DNA from: Octopus bimaculoides
Taxonomy: Eukaryota
Assembly (NCBI RefSeq): GCF_001194135.2
Contig: NC_068984.1
Coordinates: 16,065,389 to 16,129,388, forward strand
DNA length: 64,000 nt
Direction: 5' to 3'
The notes under the pieces were generated by a model. The model saw only the letters and a list, made by a program, of their open reading frames with translations, did no database searches and was not told the DNA's origin. Position numbers and translations under genes: made by a program. Shown here one piece after another: positions 55,491 to 63,174 of the stretch (the first letter of the stretch is position 1; the number at the start of each line of letters is the position of its first letter).

Positions 55491-58400
55491 ATATATATAT
55501 ATATATATGTATGTATTTTTTCAATGTGTACAAATAACATAGAAAAAATAAATAAATAGTTACCAGGGTAGCAAAAATTCACTTAAGTACCAAAGATATT
55601 ACAGCCTTACTTAAAGGTAGAAATCTCAGGGTTTAGTGAAATATTTTGGCATTACATAGATAAATTAAGAAATGGTGTTAAACACAGGTGTTATTCAAAT
55701 CTTTATACTTCTGATATATGTTTCATGCACACACACACGCATGCATGAATACATGCACACACATGAATGAATGCGCACACACACATGTGCATGCATGTGC
55801 ACACACTCTCTCTCACACACACACATGCATGAATGCATGCCTGTCTTTGTTTGTCCCCTCTGTGTGTAGCCCCTTGTGGGTAGTAAAGAAATAACACACA
55901 CATGTGCATGCATGAACGTATGTGCACACACATGTGCATGCACATACTCTCTCTCACATGCACACACACTTGCATGAATGCATGCACGCATGCACATGTG
56001 CATGCACGTGTACACACACACTCTCTCACACCCACATACATATGCATGTATGCATGCACACACACATGTGCATGCATGTACACACTCTCTCTCTCACACA
56101 CACACACATATACATATGCATGTACGCATGCACACACACACACACACATGTGCATACATGTACACACACACTCTCTTTCTCTCTCACACACATGCATGAA
56201 TGCATGCACATACACACACACATGTGCATGCATGTGTACACACTCTCTTTCTCACACACACACTCATGCACACATACTCATATAAATATGCACTTCTTTC
56301 TCTCTCCACCCCCCATCTCACTCTCATATCACAACACTTATATGTTATGCTCTAAATATGTAAAATCTCTCTTACTTGTTGCTAAAACAAAGAAATAAAT
56401 GGAAAAAGGTTAAAAGCAATTTCAGTAAACTTTAATCTAGGATATCAAATATTTGTCAACTTACAGCTTCTGAAGAATATGTAACATGTACAATGTTGTG
56501 AGGTTCTGTCCATTTCCATACAACCTGTTGGCCCTGAAATAACGAAAACCAAATATGAAAATATGGATATAGGTGCAGTTATGGCTGTGTGGTAAGAAGC
56601 TTGTTTCTGAAGCATATGGTTTTGGGTTCAGTCCCTCTGTGTAGTACCTTGGGCAAATGTCTTCTACTATATAGCATTGGGCTGACCAAAGCCTTGTGAG
56701 TGGATTTAGATCAGGAAACTGAAAGAAGCCTGTTGTACATATATATCTATACAAGTGTGACTTTGTGTCTGTGTTTGTCTCTGACCACTGCTGACAACTG
56801 GTGTTGGTGTGTTTATGTCTCCCATAAAAAAAAAAAACAAGTAAAAAATAAGTATTGCGGTTGATTCAATTCATTCAAATGAAATTCTTCAAGGTGGTGC
56901 CCTTGTATGGCTGTAATCTAATGAGTGAAACATGTGAAAGATAAAAAGATATAACTTAACCCTTTAGTATTCAAATTGACCATATAAGGCCCAAATATTC
57001 TATCTGTTTTATGTTCAAACTGACCAGACCAGGCTGCTCACAACCATCCTAAAATGTCATTCTAAAAATAAACAATCACATTATTGAAATCTCAAAGCTA
57101 TGAGATAATTTATGATTAACTCAAAACAATATGAGTAAGAGCAATCAGAGAGCACAAACCTCTGCCAAGGCAACACCAACGTTCTCTCAACGATTAGCTG
57201 AAGTTGGTTTTTATAATGAGAATATTGAAATAAACTCAACTGCTCTCACAAACGAGAATACTAAAAATGGAGCTGACCGCTCTCAAAAATTAAGTGAAAA
57301 AAACCCCAGAAAAATAACCCAAAATCCTTGTCTGATACCGGATCAATCCCCAAATCTAATCAGTTTGTGCCAGTCGTGAGGCAAACATCCCTGGAAGTTT
57401 CATCCGAATCTATTCAGTGGTTCTTGAGATATCTTATCCACAGACAAACAAACAAGCAAACACGACTGTAAACAATACTTCTGTCTTCGCTAAGGCGGAT
57501 GTAATAAATAAGCATTACATTCGATGGAGTAATTTGAATGCTAAACAGCTAATACTTATATTTTAGATAAATAACTTTATACTTACTTTTTCCAAAACAA
57601 CACTTTGTGGATGGAATCCCATATTATCCACATACACCACAGTGCTGTCATTGACAGGGTCCACTATGACTGTACTTAATACAGTTTCATTCTCATTGTT
57701 CCCCTGGAGAAAAATAAGGTTGATAATGAATAATCTCTATCAAATAACGGGCGTTTAGGCAAGGTTATGATCTGTACACCGAGGGATGGCAGCCGATCCC
57801 GTAGGCAGATGGATTCACCCCCGCTGGACGCGTGGTTTTGGCCACGAATGTCGAGACCCTACTTGCTCCTTCGCTCAGTTGCTCAAAGTCTTGTAGAAAA
57901 TCGGCAGTGGTGCTGCCCACTATAATAGCCAGAGCATCCTGATGAGCGTGTAGATTCGGGTTGAGTGGCCCCGACCACTATAACACACCGGCGTCTTGGT
58001 ATAGATGACCCTTCTGCTGCGACTACGTTCTCCGGTCATACTGGCGGGGTGCAAAGGATTTATTAAGGATAATTTTAGATTTTAAACATCTTTGCACTTA
58101 AGAGAATCATTGGGTTGGTATTCAACTTTATTTCTTTTTCGACAGCATTAAGCCAGTGAGAGAAATATCTTTTATGGATATGATTATCATACATACAAAC
58201 ATAAAAAAAAAGAATCAAAGGTCCTTCTGAGCTACCAGCTCATAAGGTTGGTTTCCTGGATTCCGTGGTATATGTATCCCCCCTGCCCCACCCAAGACAG
58301 GATGCATGTCCATTGCAGAATTTCTCATTTTGCCAGTTGAGTGAACTAAGGCAACATGAAATGAAGCGTTTTCCCCAAGAACGCAATGCACTGCATAGTC

Positions 58401-58641
58401 CAGGAATCGAAACCACAATCTTGTAATCATGAGTATAACAACCTAACCTCTAACTCATGTTCCCATATGTACATACATACATATATACATACATACATAC
58501 ATGCATACATACATATATACACACATACATACATGCATACACACACACATACATGCATGCATACATACATGCATAAATACATACATTCATAAATACATAC
58601 ATGCATAAATACATACATACATGCATACATACATACGTACG

Positions 58642-58675
<34 letters not shown>

Positions 58676-58908
58676 CATACATACATACATACATACTTGG
58701 CTGGCTGTGTGACTAATGGCCTTGGTACAAATCTTGGGAAACTGCAGTACACAAAATAAGAACTCAATTACTGCTATATATAGTCAGTGGTACAGTCAAA
58801 ATATGTAAAACATTCATGAAGTTCGACATGAAATATGATCCACACATGTAGTACAATCTTTGCTTGCACCTATGTGTACAACTGTGCATTCATACATACA
58901 TACATACA

Positions 58909-58940
<32 letters not shown>

Positions 58941-59070
58941 NNNNNNNNNNNNNNNNNNNNNNNNNNNNNNNNNNNNNNNNNNNNNNNNNNNNNNNNNNNN
59001 NNNNNNNNNNNNNNNNNNNNNNNNNNNNNNNNNNNNNNNNNNNNNNNNNNNNNNNNNNNNNNNNNNNNNN

Positions 59071-59101
<31 letters not shown>

Positions 59102-59894
59102 CACACATGTATATATGCAGAAATGTATACACACATCTATGCAGAAATGTATACATCCATATATGCATAAACATATACATACATGCATACATAAATAAAT
59201 ACATGCATGCATGCATACACACATACTTACATACAAGACTACCCTGTTTGATGTCGTCGAAATTCCAATGAAAGAAACTTGTTTCCAAACTAGAAACTGA
59301 CTCTTTCTCCATTGGTGAGAAATTTGAAAGATAAAAACCAGCCAACCATACATTCAGCCTATAATTCTCACCCACATTATACTCTCTCTCTCTCTCTCTT
59401 TAAAAGTAAATTCCTTTAAAAACAGATAATTCAAAAGAAACACAAGAAGAATGACCAAATATAGATTTTCTTTTTTTCCCCATATACAGAAGTTAATTTC
59501 AAAATCTATTCCACATCAATGTACTTTTAAATTTAAAAGGATTTTTTTTCTGTTTATATATANNNNNNNNNNNNNNNNNNNNNNNNNNNNNNNNNNNNNN
59601 NNNNNNNNNNNNNNNNNNNNNNNNNNNNNNNNNNNNNNNNNNNNNNNNNNNNNNNNNNNNNNNNNNNNNNNNNNNNNNNNNNNNNNNNNNNNNNNNNNNN
59701 NNNNNNNNNNNNNNNNNNNNNNNNNNNNNNNNNNNNNNNNNNNNNNNNNNNNNNNNNNNNNNNNNNNNNNNNNNNNNNNNNNNNNNNNNNNNNNNNNNNN
59801 NNNNNNNNNNNNNNNNNNNNNNNNNNNNNNNNNNNNNNNNNNNNNNNNNNNNNNNNNNNNNNNNNNNNNNNNNNNNNNNNNNNNNNNNNNNNNN

Positions 59895-59927
<33 letters not shown>

Positions 59928-62047
59928 GCATGTATATATTTTCATTTTACAGTGAATAAACTCATGAGTTATTGGAAGAAGTAGAAAGTTTAGAAGCGAA
60001 GGGAAAAAAATATATTATCTTTAGAATTATGAGTCTGATAAGAGCTTTAGAATAAAAGTTTATAAATGAGATTCATTGTAAAAAATTTCAAGTAATGAAT
60101 AGCACCAAGAGAAAGAGAATGGTTTAGGTGAGAGATTCAAACATTCTTGAATTTTGATTTATTGTATAACATTTTTCTCAAATGATGTGGTTCTAGATAA
60201 GAAATAACCATATGGATAGGGTATCAGGCTTGTAGAACAGTCACTAATCCCTTGTGCTAATGACTCGAATACATTTATGAATACATTTTTGTCATAATGG
60301 AGATGAAACACTACAGTAATTACCATATTCACATTCAAATCTGCCAGAATATATTAAGAAAAAATATGCAAGTCATTGCTATTAAGGAGAATTCTGAGGA
60401 ATTTCAATGTAAAATATATTCTCCACTTCTAGTTGTCAGTAAAAGCCCACACGATTATCCATCTTTTTACATGATACCAGCATATAGATTACAATGTTTG
60501 TATATGTGATAGCAGTACCATTCCATATATGTGAGCAGTAAGGCGGTGAGCTGGTGGAATCGTTAGCATGCCAGGCGAAATGCTTAGTGGTATTTCGTCT
60601 GCCGTTACATTCTGAGTTCAAATTCTGCCAAAGTCGACTTTGCCTTTCATCCTTTCAGGGTTGATTAAATAAGTATCAGTTACACACTGGGGTAGATGTA
60701 ATCGACTTAATCCCTCTGTTTGTCCCCACTGTGTTTAGCCCCCTGTGGACAATAAAGAAATATATGTGAGCAGTGCTCTAACTTAGCTTGCACCAGAACT
60801 TTGTAACAGTCAGGATATAACCAGAGCTGAACAATTTTCCAGACTAGTTTTTGAGATGTAGTGTTGGCAATATTATGTATGTGACATTGACACGAGAGAT
60901 CCCTAGAGATTGTGAGGTCAAGCATTTGTAGTGACTTTAAAGGGCCATAGTTAATAGAGTTAGTGCATGACAATTTCCTTAATATGGGTAGCTGTTGTGT
61001 ATCTGCTAAGAGAGACTAGGTATCCTATCCCTATCTGTGGATGTATTTGACAACTTTCTTCATTGAAGCAATGCACGACTAGTACAATGTACCTAGGCTG
61101 TATGTGTGAAGAATGTCTGTAAAGATATCAATGCATAACTTGGGGCTAAATTCTGTGTAGGTTTATAAGCCTTCTATAATGGTTTCTGAATTTGGAACAA
61201 TACCAACAATTTTGAAAGAAAGGGAGTTAGTCAAGACCATTGATCCCAGTACCTGCCTGGTACCATTTTTAATGGCATATAAGATGCCACTCTCGGAGTG
61301 GTTGACTACACTCTCGGAGTGGTTGGCGTTAGGAATGGCATCCAGCCGTAGAAACTCTGCCAAATCAGATTGGAGCCTGGTGTAGCCTTCTGGTTCACCA
61401 GTCCTCAGTCAAATCATCCAACCCATGTTAGCATGGAAAGCGGACGTTAAACGATGATGATGATGATGATGATGATAAGATGCACTTTTTGGCTTTTTTA
61501 AATGCCTAAAAAATTATACCCAGTTTTGTGTGTGAAGTTGGGCCTCCCACGAAATTTAATACATTAAAAGCTTTTTTTCTTGAATATGCTACAGCTGAAA
61601 TCAGGGTGTGTCTAATATGCCCCGGGCATCTTTCATGCCATCAAACATGGTACCCTATTGACCCTGGAAGGATGAACGGCAAAGCTGACCTGGGTAGAAT
61701 TTGAACTCAGAATGGAAAGAGCCAGGAAAAAATACAGAACAGCATTTTGTTTGACACAAAAATTCTGCCAGGTAGCCACCTTTTTCAAATCTACTGTAAT
61801 AAATAAAAGTAATCACAGCTACCCACTCAGGTCTATCTTGCACCAAACGTTCTTCATTGGTAAAATAGTCAAAAAATAACTTCATGTTGCCATAACATCA
61901 TATAAGTTCAATGTAGTTCAGAGGATATAGTTTACCATGGTCAGACATGTTTCTCTGGAAGATTGGAAATGCACAACATCACTTGTGTAACAGTGACACT
62001 TGCTTACAACTATTGTCCAGGCAAGGAGACACAAACACCCTCCAAAT

Positions 62048-62084
<37 letters not shown>

Positions 62085-63040
62085 GTAGTTCAGAGGATAT
62101 AATTAAATAAACTCAAGAAGAATCATTGTCTTTGAAATTTTTACCTTTTGTTTTAAGAAAGATTTGGAGGTGAAATGAAACAGGCCAGACTTTTCAAGAA
62201 CTTTTGCTATGCAACGCCTAAAAAAAAAGACAGTGTAGATAAGTTTAACAGTTCACAAAAATAAAAAGTCTATATGGTATAATAAATCAATGTACAGTGA
62301 GTTTTAAAATGTTTATCTTTTTAAAATGTGAGAGTCATGTGAAAAATTGGTTATAAATTGCCCTGGTTTTAACATTTACACTTCTATGCTTGCATGGGAT
62401 ATATGGAATTTGTTGAGGTAGATTTTCTATGGCCAGATGCGCTTCCTGTCACCAACCCTCGTTTGTTTCCAAGCAAAGTATTTTTTTCCCATGGTCAGAC
62501 ATGTTTCTCTGGAAGACTGGAAATGCACAACATCACTTGTGTAACAGTGGCACTTGTTTACAGTTATTGTCAAGGCAAGGAGACACAAACACCCTCCAAA
62601 TGCACACACACACACACACACACACATTAGAGGCTTCTCGTACAGGTTCTGCCTACCAAACATTATTCACAAGGTATTGGTCAACTTGAAACTACAACAG
62701 AAGACGCTGAGTCAAAAAGCCGTTCAATGGGATCCAATCCTAAGCCATAATATTTCTGTCCATAAAGGAATGTAACATACTCAAGGGATACAACTCAGTA
62801 TGGTGAACTTAGACATTCAGTAAATAGAGAGACCAATGATAAAAAAATATGAAAAATGATGCTGTACCGTTTGACAAGTTCCTCATCTTTTGTTTCGGAT
62901 GATATGACTCTTTTTAAAAAATCAACTTCCTGTAGATCATATAATTTGGGGACTTTAAACACCCAACATACAATGTCATTCAAATTAATGACTATTGGGT
63001 CTGGTCTGATGTCCCCGATGTTTACTGATACTTCTTGGAC
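1852..63040 (-). CDS. Spliced gene (22 exons in window, about 1155 aa, incomplete at both ends): 2 cupredoxin-like repeats + CHB_HEX_C/Fn3_assoc-like domain + 6 FN3-like domains
   Basis: All 22 exons have AG/GT boundaries and chain with matching phases (0-2-0-0-0-1-0-2-0-0-0-0-1-1-0-2-2-0-1-2-0-0-1). Summed length is 3466 nt with no stop. Domain motifs are completed across junctions, e.g. GLCPGLAY|NFSV and SVVIT|GYQMF. Confidence 0.9.
2300..2800. mobile_element. Fold-back MITE family 1 (further copies at about 44340-44770 and 52790-53140)
   Basis: Arm gggaggattattatgccaataataaacacatgcactgg... is the reverse complement of ...cagtgcatgtgtttattattggtataatgatcctccc. Confidence 0.75.
5123..5317 (-). 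CDS. Exon 21: [65 protein letters not shown]
   Basis: Acceptor ttgtccgttgtag, donor ACG|gtaaat; 195 nt, phase 0-0. Confidence 0.92.
6487..6698 (-). mobile_element. piggyBac-like non-autonomous element (second copy at about 56957-57125, + strand)
   Basis: Terminus TTAA|CCCTTTAGTATTCAAA is shared by both copies, with internal similarity. Confidence 0.5.
7737..7857 (-). CDS. Exon 20: (R)[40 protein letters not shown] (FN3-5)
   Basis: Acceptor attttgtccgttacag, donor AAG|gtaaag; 121 nt, phase 2 to 0. Confidence 0.92.
9120..9321 (-). CDS. Exon 19: (G)[66 protein letters not shown]
   Basis: Acceptor ttattttgcttggtttaag, donor AG|gtaaat; 202 nt, phase 1 to 2. I-x-I-x-W-x-x-P FN3 motif. Confidence 0.92.
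9395..9793. mobile_element. Head-to-head pair of tRNA-headed, (AAT)n-containing SINEs; the minus copy carries a decayed hammerhead motif
   Basis: + head 9649-9722 has A box TGGCGCAGTGG and B box GTTCGATTCC. The inverted head at 9597-9646 is about 80% identical. Motif GACAC-CTGATAA-AGGCTG..CAGCT-GAAAC lies at 9453-9495 (-). Confidence 0.65.
10270..10408 (-). CDS. Exon 18: [46 protein letters not shown] (FN3-4)
   Basis: Acceptor atttttttatttctag, donor G|gtgcaa; 139 nt, phase 0 to 1. Confidence 0.88.
10655..11050 (-). mobile_element. SINE family A, near full length
   Basis: Reverse complement of the head and tail seen at 27586-28000. Confidence 0.85.
11064..11234. repeat. Palindrome/MITE with about 75-bp arms
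   Basis: tataattaagggcatagaaaaattctagc...tccaaccactttaaaaatc is mirrored by gatttttaaagtggttgga...gctagaatgtttctatgcccttaattata. Confidence 0.8.
11540..12125 (+). mobile_element. RTE LINE 3' end with (GAT)n tail
   Basis: Encodes a degenerate [28 protein letters not shown] segment, followed by the shared tail ending acgttaaa(t)gatgat. Confidence 0.75.
12225..12390. mobile_element. Small MITE
   Basis: TIR cagttcaaatatg / catatttgaactg plus internal inverted arms (tattttgtcatgga). Confidence 0.7.
13180..13309 (-). CDS. Exon 17: (N)[43 protein letters not shown]
   Basis: Acceptor ctttatttcacccttag, donor ACG|gtaatt; 130 nt, phase 2 to 0. PGPP is a typical FN3 start. Confidence 0.9.
15109..15225 (-). 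CDS. Exon 16: (S)[38 protein letters not shown]
   Basis: Acceptor ttttttctttccttttccag, donor AA|gtatgt; 117 nt, phase 2-2. With exon 17 it gives GL-x-PG-x-x-Y-x-F-x-V. Confidence 0.92.
15411..16097. repeat. Two ~97-bp direct repeats (15411-15507, 15999-16097) flanking a degenerate ~42-bp minisatellite (about 7 units, 15697-15970)
   Basis: ctacactggcttttaggagctc...tctcacccacattgtgtct occurs twice; minisatellite units start ccaacctc/ccagcctt/ccaatttc. Confidence 0.7.
16800..17625 (+). mobile_element. RTE LINE 3' fragment with long 3' UTR and (GAT)n tail
   Basis: [39 protein letters not shown] is the typical RTE RT C-terminus. Confidence 0.85.
17499..17869 (+). repeat. Arm 1 of a near-identical inverted duplication (arm 2 is 21481-21847)
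   Basis: About 370 bp including about 245 bp of non-SINE AT-rich flank; by eye about 4 substitutions plus small indels. Confidence 0.92.
19204..19553 (-). CDS. Exon 15: EVSSxx x5 linker then FN3-3 start ([21 protein letters not shown]...)
   Basis: Acceptor cttcaactttttaaag, donor AG|gtaatt; 350 nt, phase 0 to 2. Confidence 0.88.
19683..20275 (+). mobile_element. 3' UTR fragment of an R4/Dong-like LINE embedded in (AAT)n (short second copy at 22484-22590)
   Basis: 20133-20235 matches the tail of the coding fossil at 54035-54140; (AAT)n lies on both sides. Confidence 0.55.
20709..21052 (-). CDS. Exon 14: Ser/Asn/Glu-rich linker with 4 copies of [12 protein letters not shown]-like repeat
   Basis: Strong polypyrimidine acceptor, donor AAG|gtatgg; 344 nt, phase 1 to 0, open frame. 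Confidence 0.88.
21481..21847 (-). repeat. Arm 2 of the inverted duplication
   Basis: Reverse complement of 17499-17869. Confidence 0.92.
23900..24422. repeat. Compound (CA)n/(TA)n microsatellite with a 10-N gap
   Basis: Direct inspection. Confidence 0.95.
24617..24947 (+). mobile_element. Non-autonomous element with subterminal inverted repeats, Helentron/HINE (DINE-1)-like; second copy at 57135-57505
   Basis: The two copies align over about 300 bp. subTIRs cctctgccaagg and gctaaggtggagg / cgctaaggcgga; T/A-rich flanks. Confidence 0.55.
24964..25134 (-). CDS. Exon 13: (N)[56 protein letters not shown]
   Basis: Acceptor tttttgttctgctctag, donor G|gtgagt; 171 nt, phase 1-1. [13 protein letters not shown] parallels [13 protein letters not shown] of FN3-1. 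Confidence 0.88.
25190..25965. repeat. (GAT)n/(GGT)n compound trinucleotide array
   Basis: Direct inspection. Confidence 0.95.
26370..26730 (-). mobile_element. tRNA-headed SINE family C (partial copies at about 18975-19170, 21190-21345, 23470-23650)
   Basis: The minus strand begins gtggaggtgcaatggcccagtggttaggg...ggtttcgattccc, containing Pol III A and B boxes. Confidence 0.8.
26740..27583 (+). mobile_element. DDE transposase 3' fossil, Chapaev3/CMC-like, interrupted by an RTE-tail copy (27085-27290)
   Basis: [33 protein letters not shown]....ISDEQ../RFLQDI with a stop and a frameshift; ends in gttccccagt. Confidence 0.65.
27586..28000 (+). mobile_element. SINE family A, full length
   Basis: ggcgtaggagtggctgtgtagtaag...ccgggttcagtccc head, (TA)(TG) centre and conserved tail. 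Confidence 0.88.
28490..28980 (-). mobile_element. RTE-tail element with (GAT)n
   Basis: Reverse complement of 17170-17625. Confidence 0.85.
29265..29830 (+). mobile_element. Penelope-like element 3' fossil: GIY-YIG endonuclease C-terminus plus pseudo-LTR with a decayed hammerhead motif
   Basis: [13 protein letters not shown]...[18 protein letters not shown]...[26 protein letters not shown]; hammerhead-like motif at 29751-29788. Confidence 0.75.
29935..30330 (-). mobile_element. SINE family A
   Basis: Reverse complement of 27586-28000. Confidence 0.85.
31420..31885 (+). mobile_element. RTE LINE RT C-terminal fossil
   Basis: [28 protein letters not shown], then [21 protein letters not shown]...GRGRTRKTW; in-frame stops. 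Confidence 0.9.
33235..33830. repeat. (CAT)n/(CAC)n compound array
   Basis: Direct inspection. Confidence 0.95.
33980..34076 (-). CDS. Exon 12: [32 protein letters not shown]
   Basis: Acceptor tcttacatttgtag, donor A|gtaagt; 97 nt, phase 0 to 1. Confidence 0.87.
36326..36750 (+). mobile_element. SINE family A
   Basis: Head, microsatellite centre and tail; ends about 25 nt from the exon 11 donor. Confidence 0.85.
36774..36932 (-). CDS. Exon 11: [53 protein letters not shown] (FN3-2)
   Basis: Acceptor tttgtcttttttccag, donor AAG|gtaaaa; 159 nt, phase 0-0. Confidence 0.92.
37050..39078 (-). mobile_element. Degenerate RTE LINE (APE endonuclease + RT N-half), internally deleted
   Basis: [22 protein letters not shown]...[10 protein letters not shown] (APE); [20 protein letters not shown]...NYRGIRLL...QFGF...STTNATF (RT). 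Confidence 0.9.
39775..39927 (-). CDS. Exon 10: [51 protein letters not shown]
   Basis: Acceptor ttgtttgtatttcag, donor ATA|gtaggt; 153 nt. GL-x-x-G-x-x-Y FN3 tyrosine corner. Confidence 0.92.
40395..41085 (-). mobile_element. mariner (Tc1/mariner) transposase fossil, 3' half
   Basis: DEK-x-IYF...[13 protein letters not shown]; LLHHENASA; [16 protein letters not shown] (YSPDL motif); [11 protein letters not shown]...GTYLDE; stops and frameshifts. Confidence 0.88.
41163..41537. mobile_element. Long fold-back element (about 150-bp arms, about 90% complementary)
   Basis: aagtagttgtatgctgtc...gggagacaagcatc is mirrored by gtgcttgtctccc...gacagcatacaactactt. Related pieces occur at 53770-53900 and, more weakly, 5820-6330. 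Confidence 0.9.
41730..42590 (+). mobile_element. Two tandem RTE-tail elements with (GAT)n
   Basis: Shared tail ...ccaacccatg...gacgttaaatgatga occurs twice. Confidence 0.75.
43119..43244 (-). CDS. Exon 9: [42 protein letters not shown] (FN3-1 start)
   Basis: Acceptor ttttatatcaacag (an in-frame ag before 43271 is an alternative), donor AAA|gtgagt; phase 0-0. FN3 L-x-W and GY motifs. Confidence 0.85.
44844..44937 (-). CDS. Exon 8: (Q)[31 protein letters not shown]
   Basis: Acceptor tttaatgttttgcag, donor AAA|gtaagt; 94 nt, phase 2 to 0. Bridges exons 7 and 9. Confidence 0.85.
45440..45925 (-). mobile_element. SINE family A (diverged)
   Basis: Head and tail are recognisable around a (CA)n centre. 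Confidence 0.7.
47775..48222 (-). mobile_element. Two tandem SINE family B copies with (AAC)n spacers
   Basis: Core ggatgaaaggcaaagtcaacctcagtggaatttgaactcagaacg is repeated. Confidence 0.75.
48277..48383 (-). CDS. Exon 7: [35 protein letters not shown]
   Basis: Acceptor tctttctttgtag, donor CA|gtaagt; 107 nt, phase 0 to 2. I-R-x-I-A-x-x-x-G-x-x-x-S-x-V completes the CHB_HEX_C-like domain. Confidence 0.9.
52155..52390 (+). mobile_element. tRNA-headed SINE family B, near intact (other copies at about 3510, 16443, 18126, 35065, 40172, 51255, 60540)
   Basis: ggcggtgagctggcagaaac..gagttcaaattcc head; central gcctttcatcctttcggggtc..taagt.ccag resembles the conserved Nin/Meta-type SINE core (recalled, unverified). 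Confidence 0.85.
52472..52641 (-). CDS. Exon 6: (A)[56 protein letters not shown]
   Basis: Acceptor ttttctttcttcaaaag, donor ATG|gtgagt; 170 nt, phase 1 to 0. YYTLDG-x-x-P is the hallmark of CHB_HEX_C_1/Fn3_assoc. Confidence 0.9.
53560..54215 (+). mobile_element. R4/Dong-like RLE non-LTR retrotransposon 3' fossil within AAT/AAC repeats, interrupted by a fold-back fragment
   Basis: [23 protein letters not shown]; [12 protein letters not shown]; [15 protein letters not shown]. Confidence 0.75.
54606..54762 (-). CDS. Exon 5: [52 protein letters not shown]
   Basis: Acceptor ttaattcttcag, donor G|gtaatt; 157 nt, phase 0 to 1. F-x-SG...F-x-H-x-F-x-x-PG...G-x-V-x-V is the cupredoxin C-half. Confidence 0.92.
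55720..56285. repeat. Complex CA/TG (catgtgcatg) microsatellite containing a SINE B tail fragment
   Basis: Direct inspection. Confidence 0.9.
56465..56533 (-). CDS. Exon 4: [23 protein letters not shown]
   Basis: Acceptor ttttcgttatttcag, donor GCT|gtaagt; 69 nt. G-x-x-V-x-W and PHNI match the plastocyanin-type motif. Confidence 0.92.
56567..56950 (+). mobile_element. SINE family A (diverged)
   Basis: Head begins about 33 nt upstream of the exon 4 acceptor. Confidence 0.7.
57587..57703 (-). CDS. Exon 3: [39 protein letters not shown]
   Basis: Acceptor ttatttttctccag, donor AAA|gtaagt; 117 nt, phase 0-0. Contains the cupredoxin GF-x-P motif. Confidence 0.92.
58470..59230. repeat. (TACA)n/(TA)n arrays around an N gap
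   Basis: Direct inspection. Confidence 0.9.
60772..60975 (-). mobile_element. Old CR1/L2/jockey-type LINE RT C-terminal fragment
   Basis: [26 protein letters not shown]...LY...[11 protein letters not shown] resembles LG.TI..DLSW..HI...AS.KL...LEY.S.IW. Confidence 0.6.
62145..62217 (-). CDS. Exon 2: (R)[24 protein letters not shown]
   Basis: Acceptor gtctttttttttag, donor AAG|gtaaaa; 73 nt, phase 2 to 0. Supplies the G-x-F-x-F strand of a cupredoxin fold. Confidence 0.85.
62868..63040 (-). CDS. Exon 1 (in window): [39 protein letters not shown]...EELVK, N-half of cupredoxin-like repeat 1
   Basis: Acceptor tttttcttcag, donor CG|gtacag; 173 nt, phase 0 to 2. Confidence 0.85.
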
Positions 63041-63174
63041 CTGAAGAAAAATGAGTTGTGTTTAAATGAAATGCTACAGTTTAACTCTTTAATCTATTTA
63101 ATATCAAGCCATGTGAAACCATCCACACTAAAGCATTCATATTTAAATTTAAATTTTGACTCATAATATGAATA

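Noticed and set aside
59235-59358. Phase 2-to-0 open segment ([15 protein letters not shown]...) first considered as exon 2
   Set aside because: Its acceptor is purine-rich. 62145-62217 has far better splice sites and supplies the expected cupredoxin strand.
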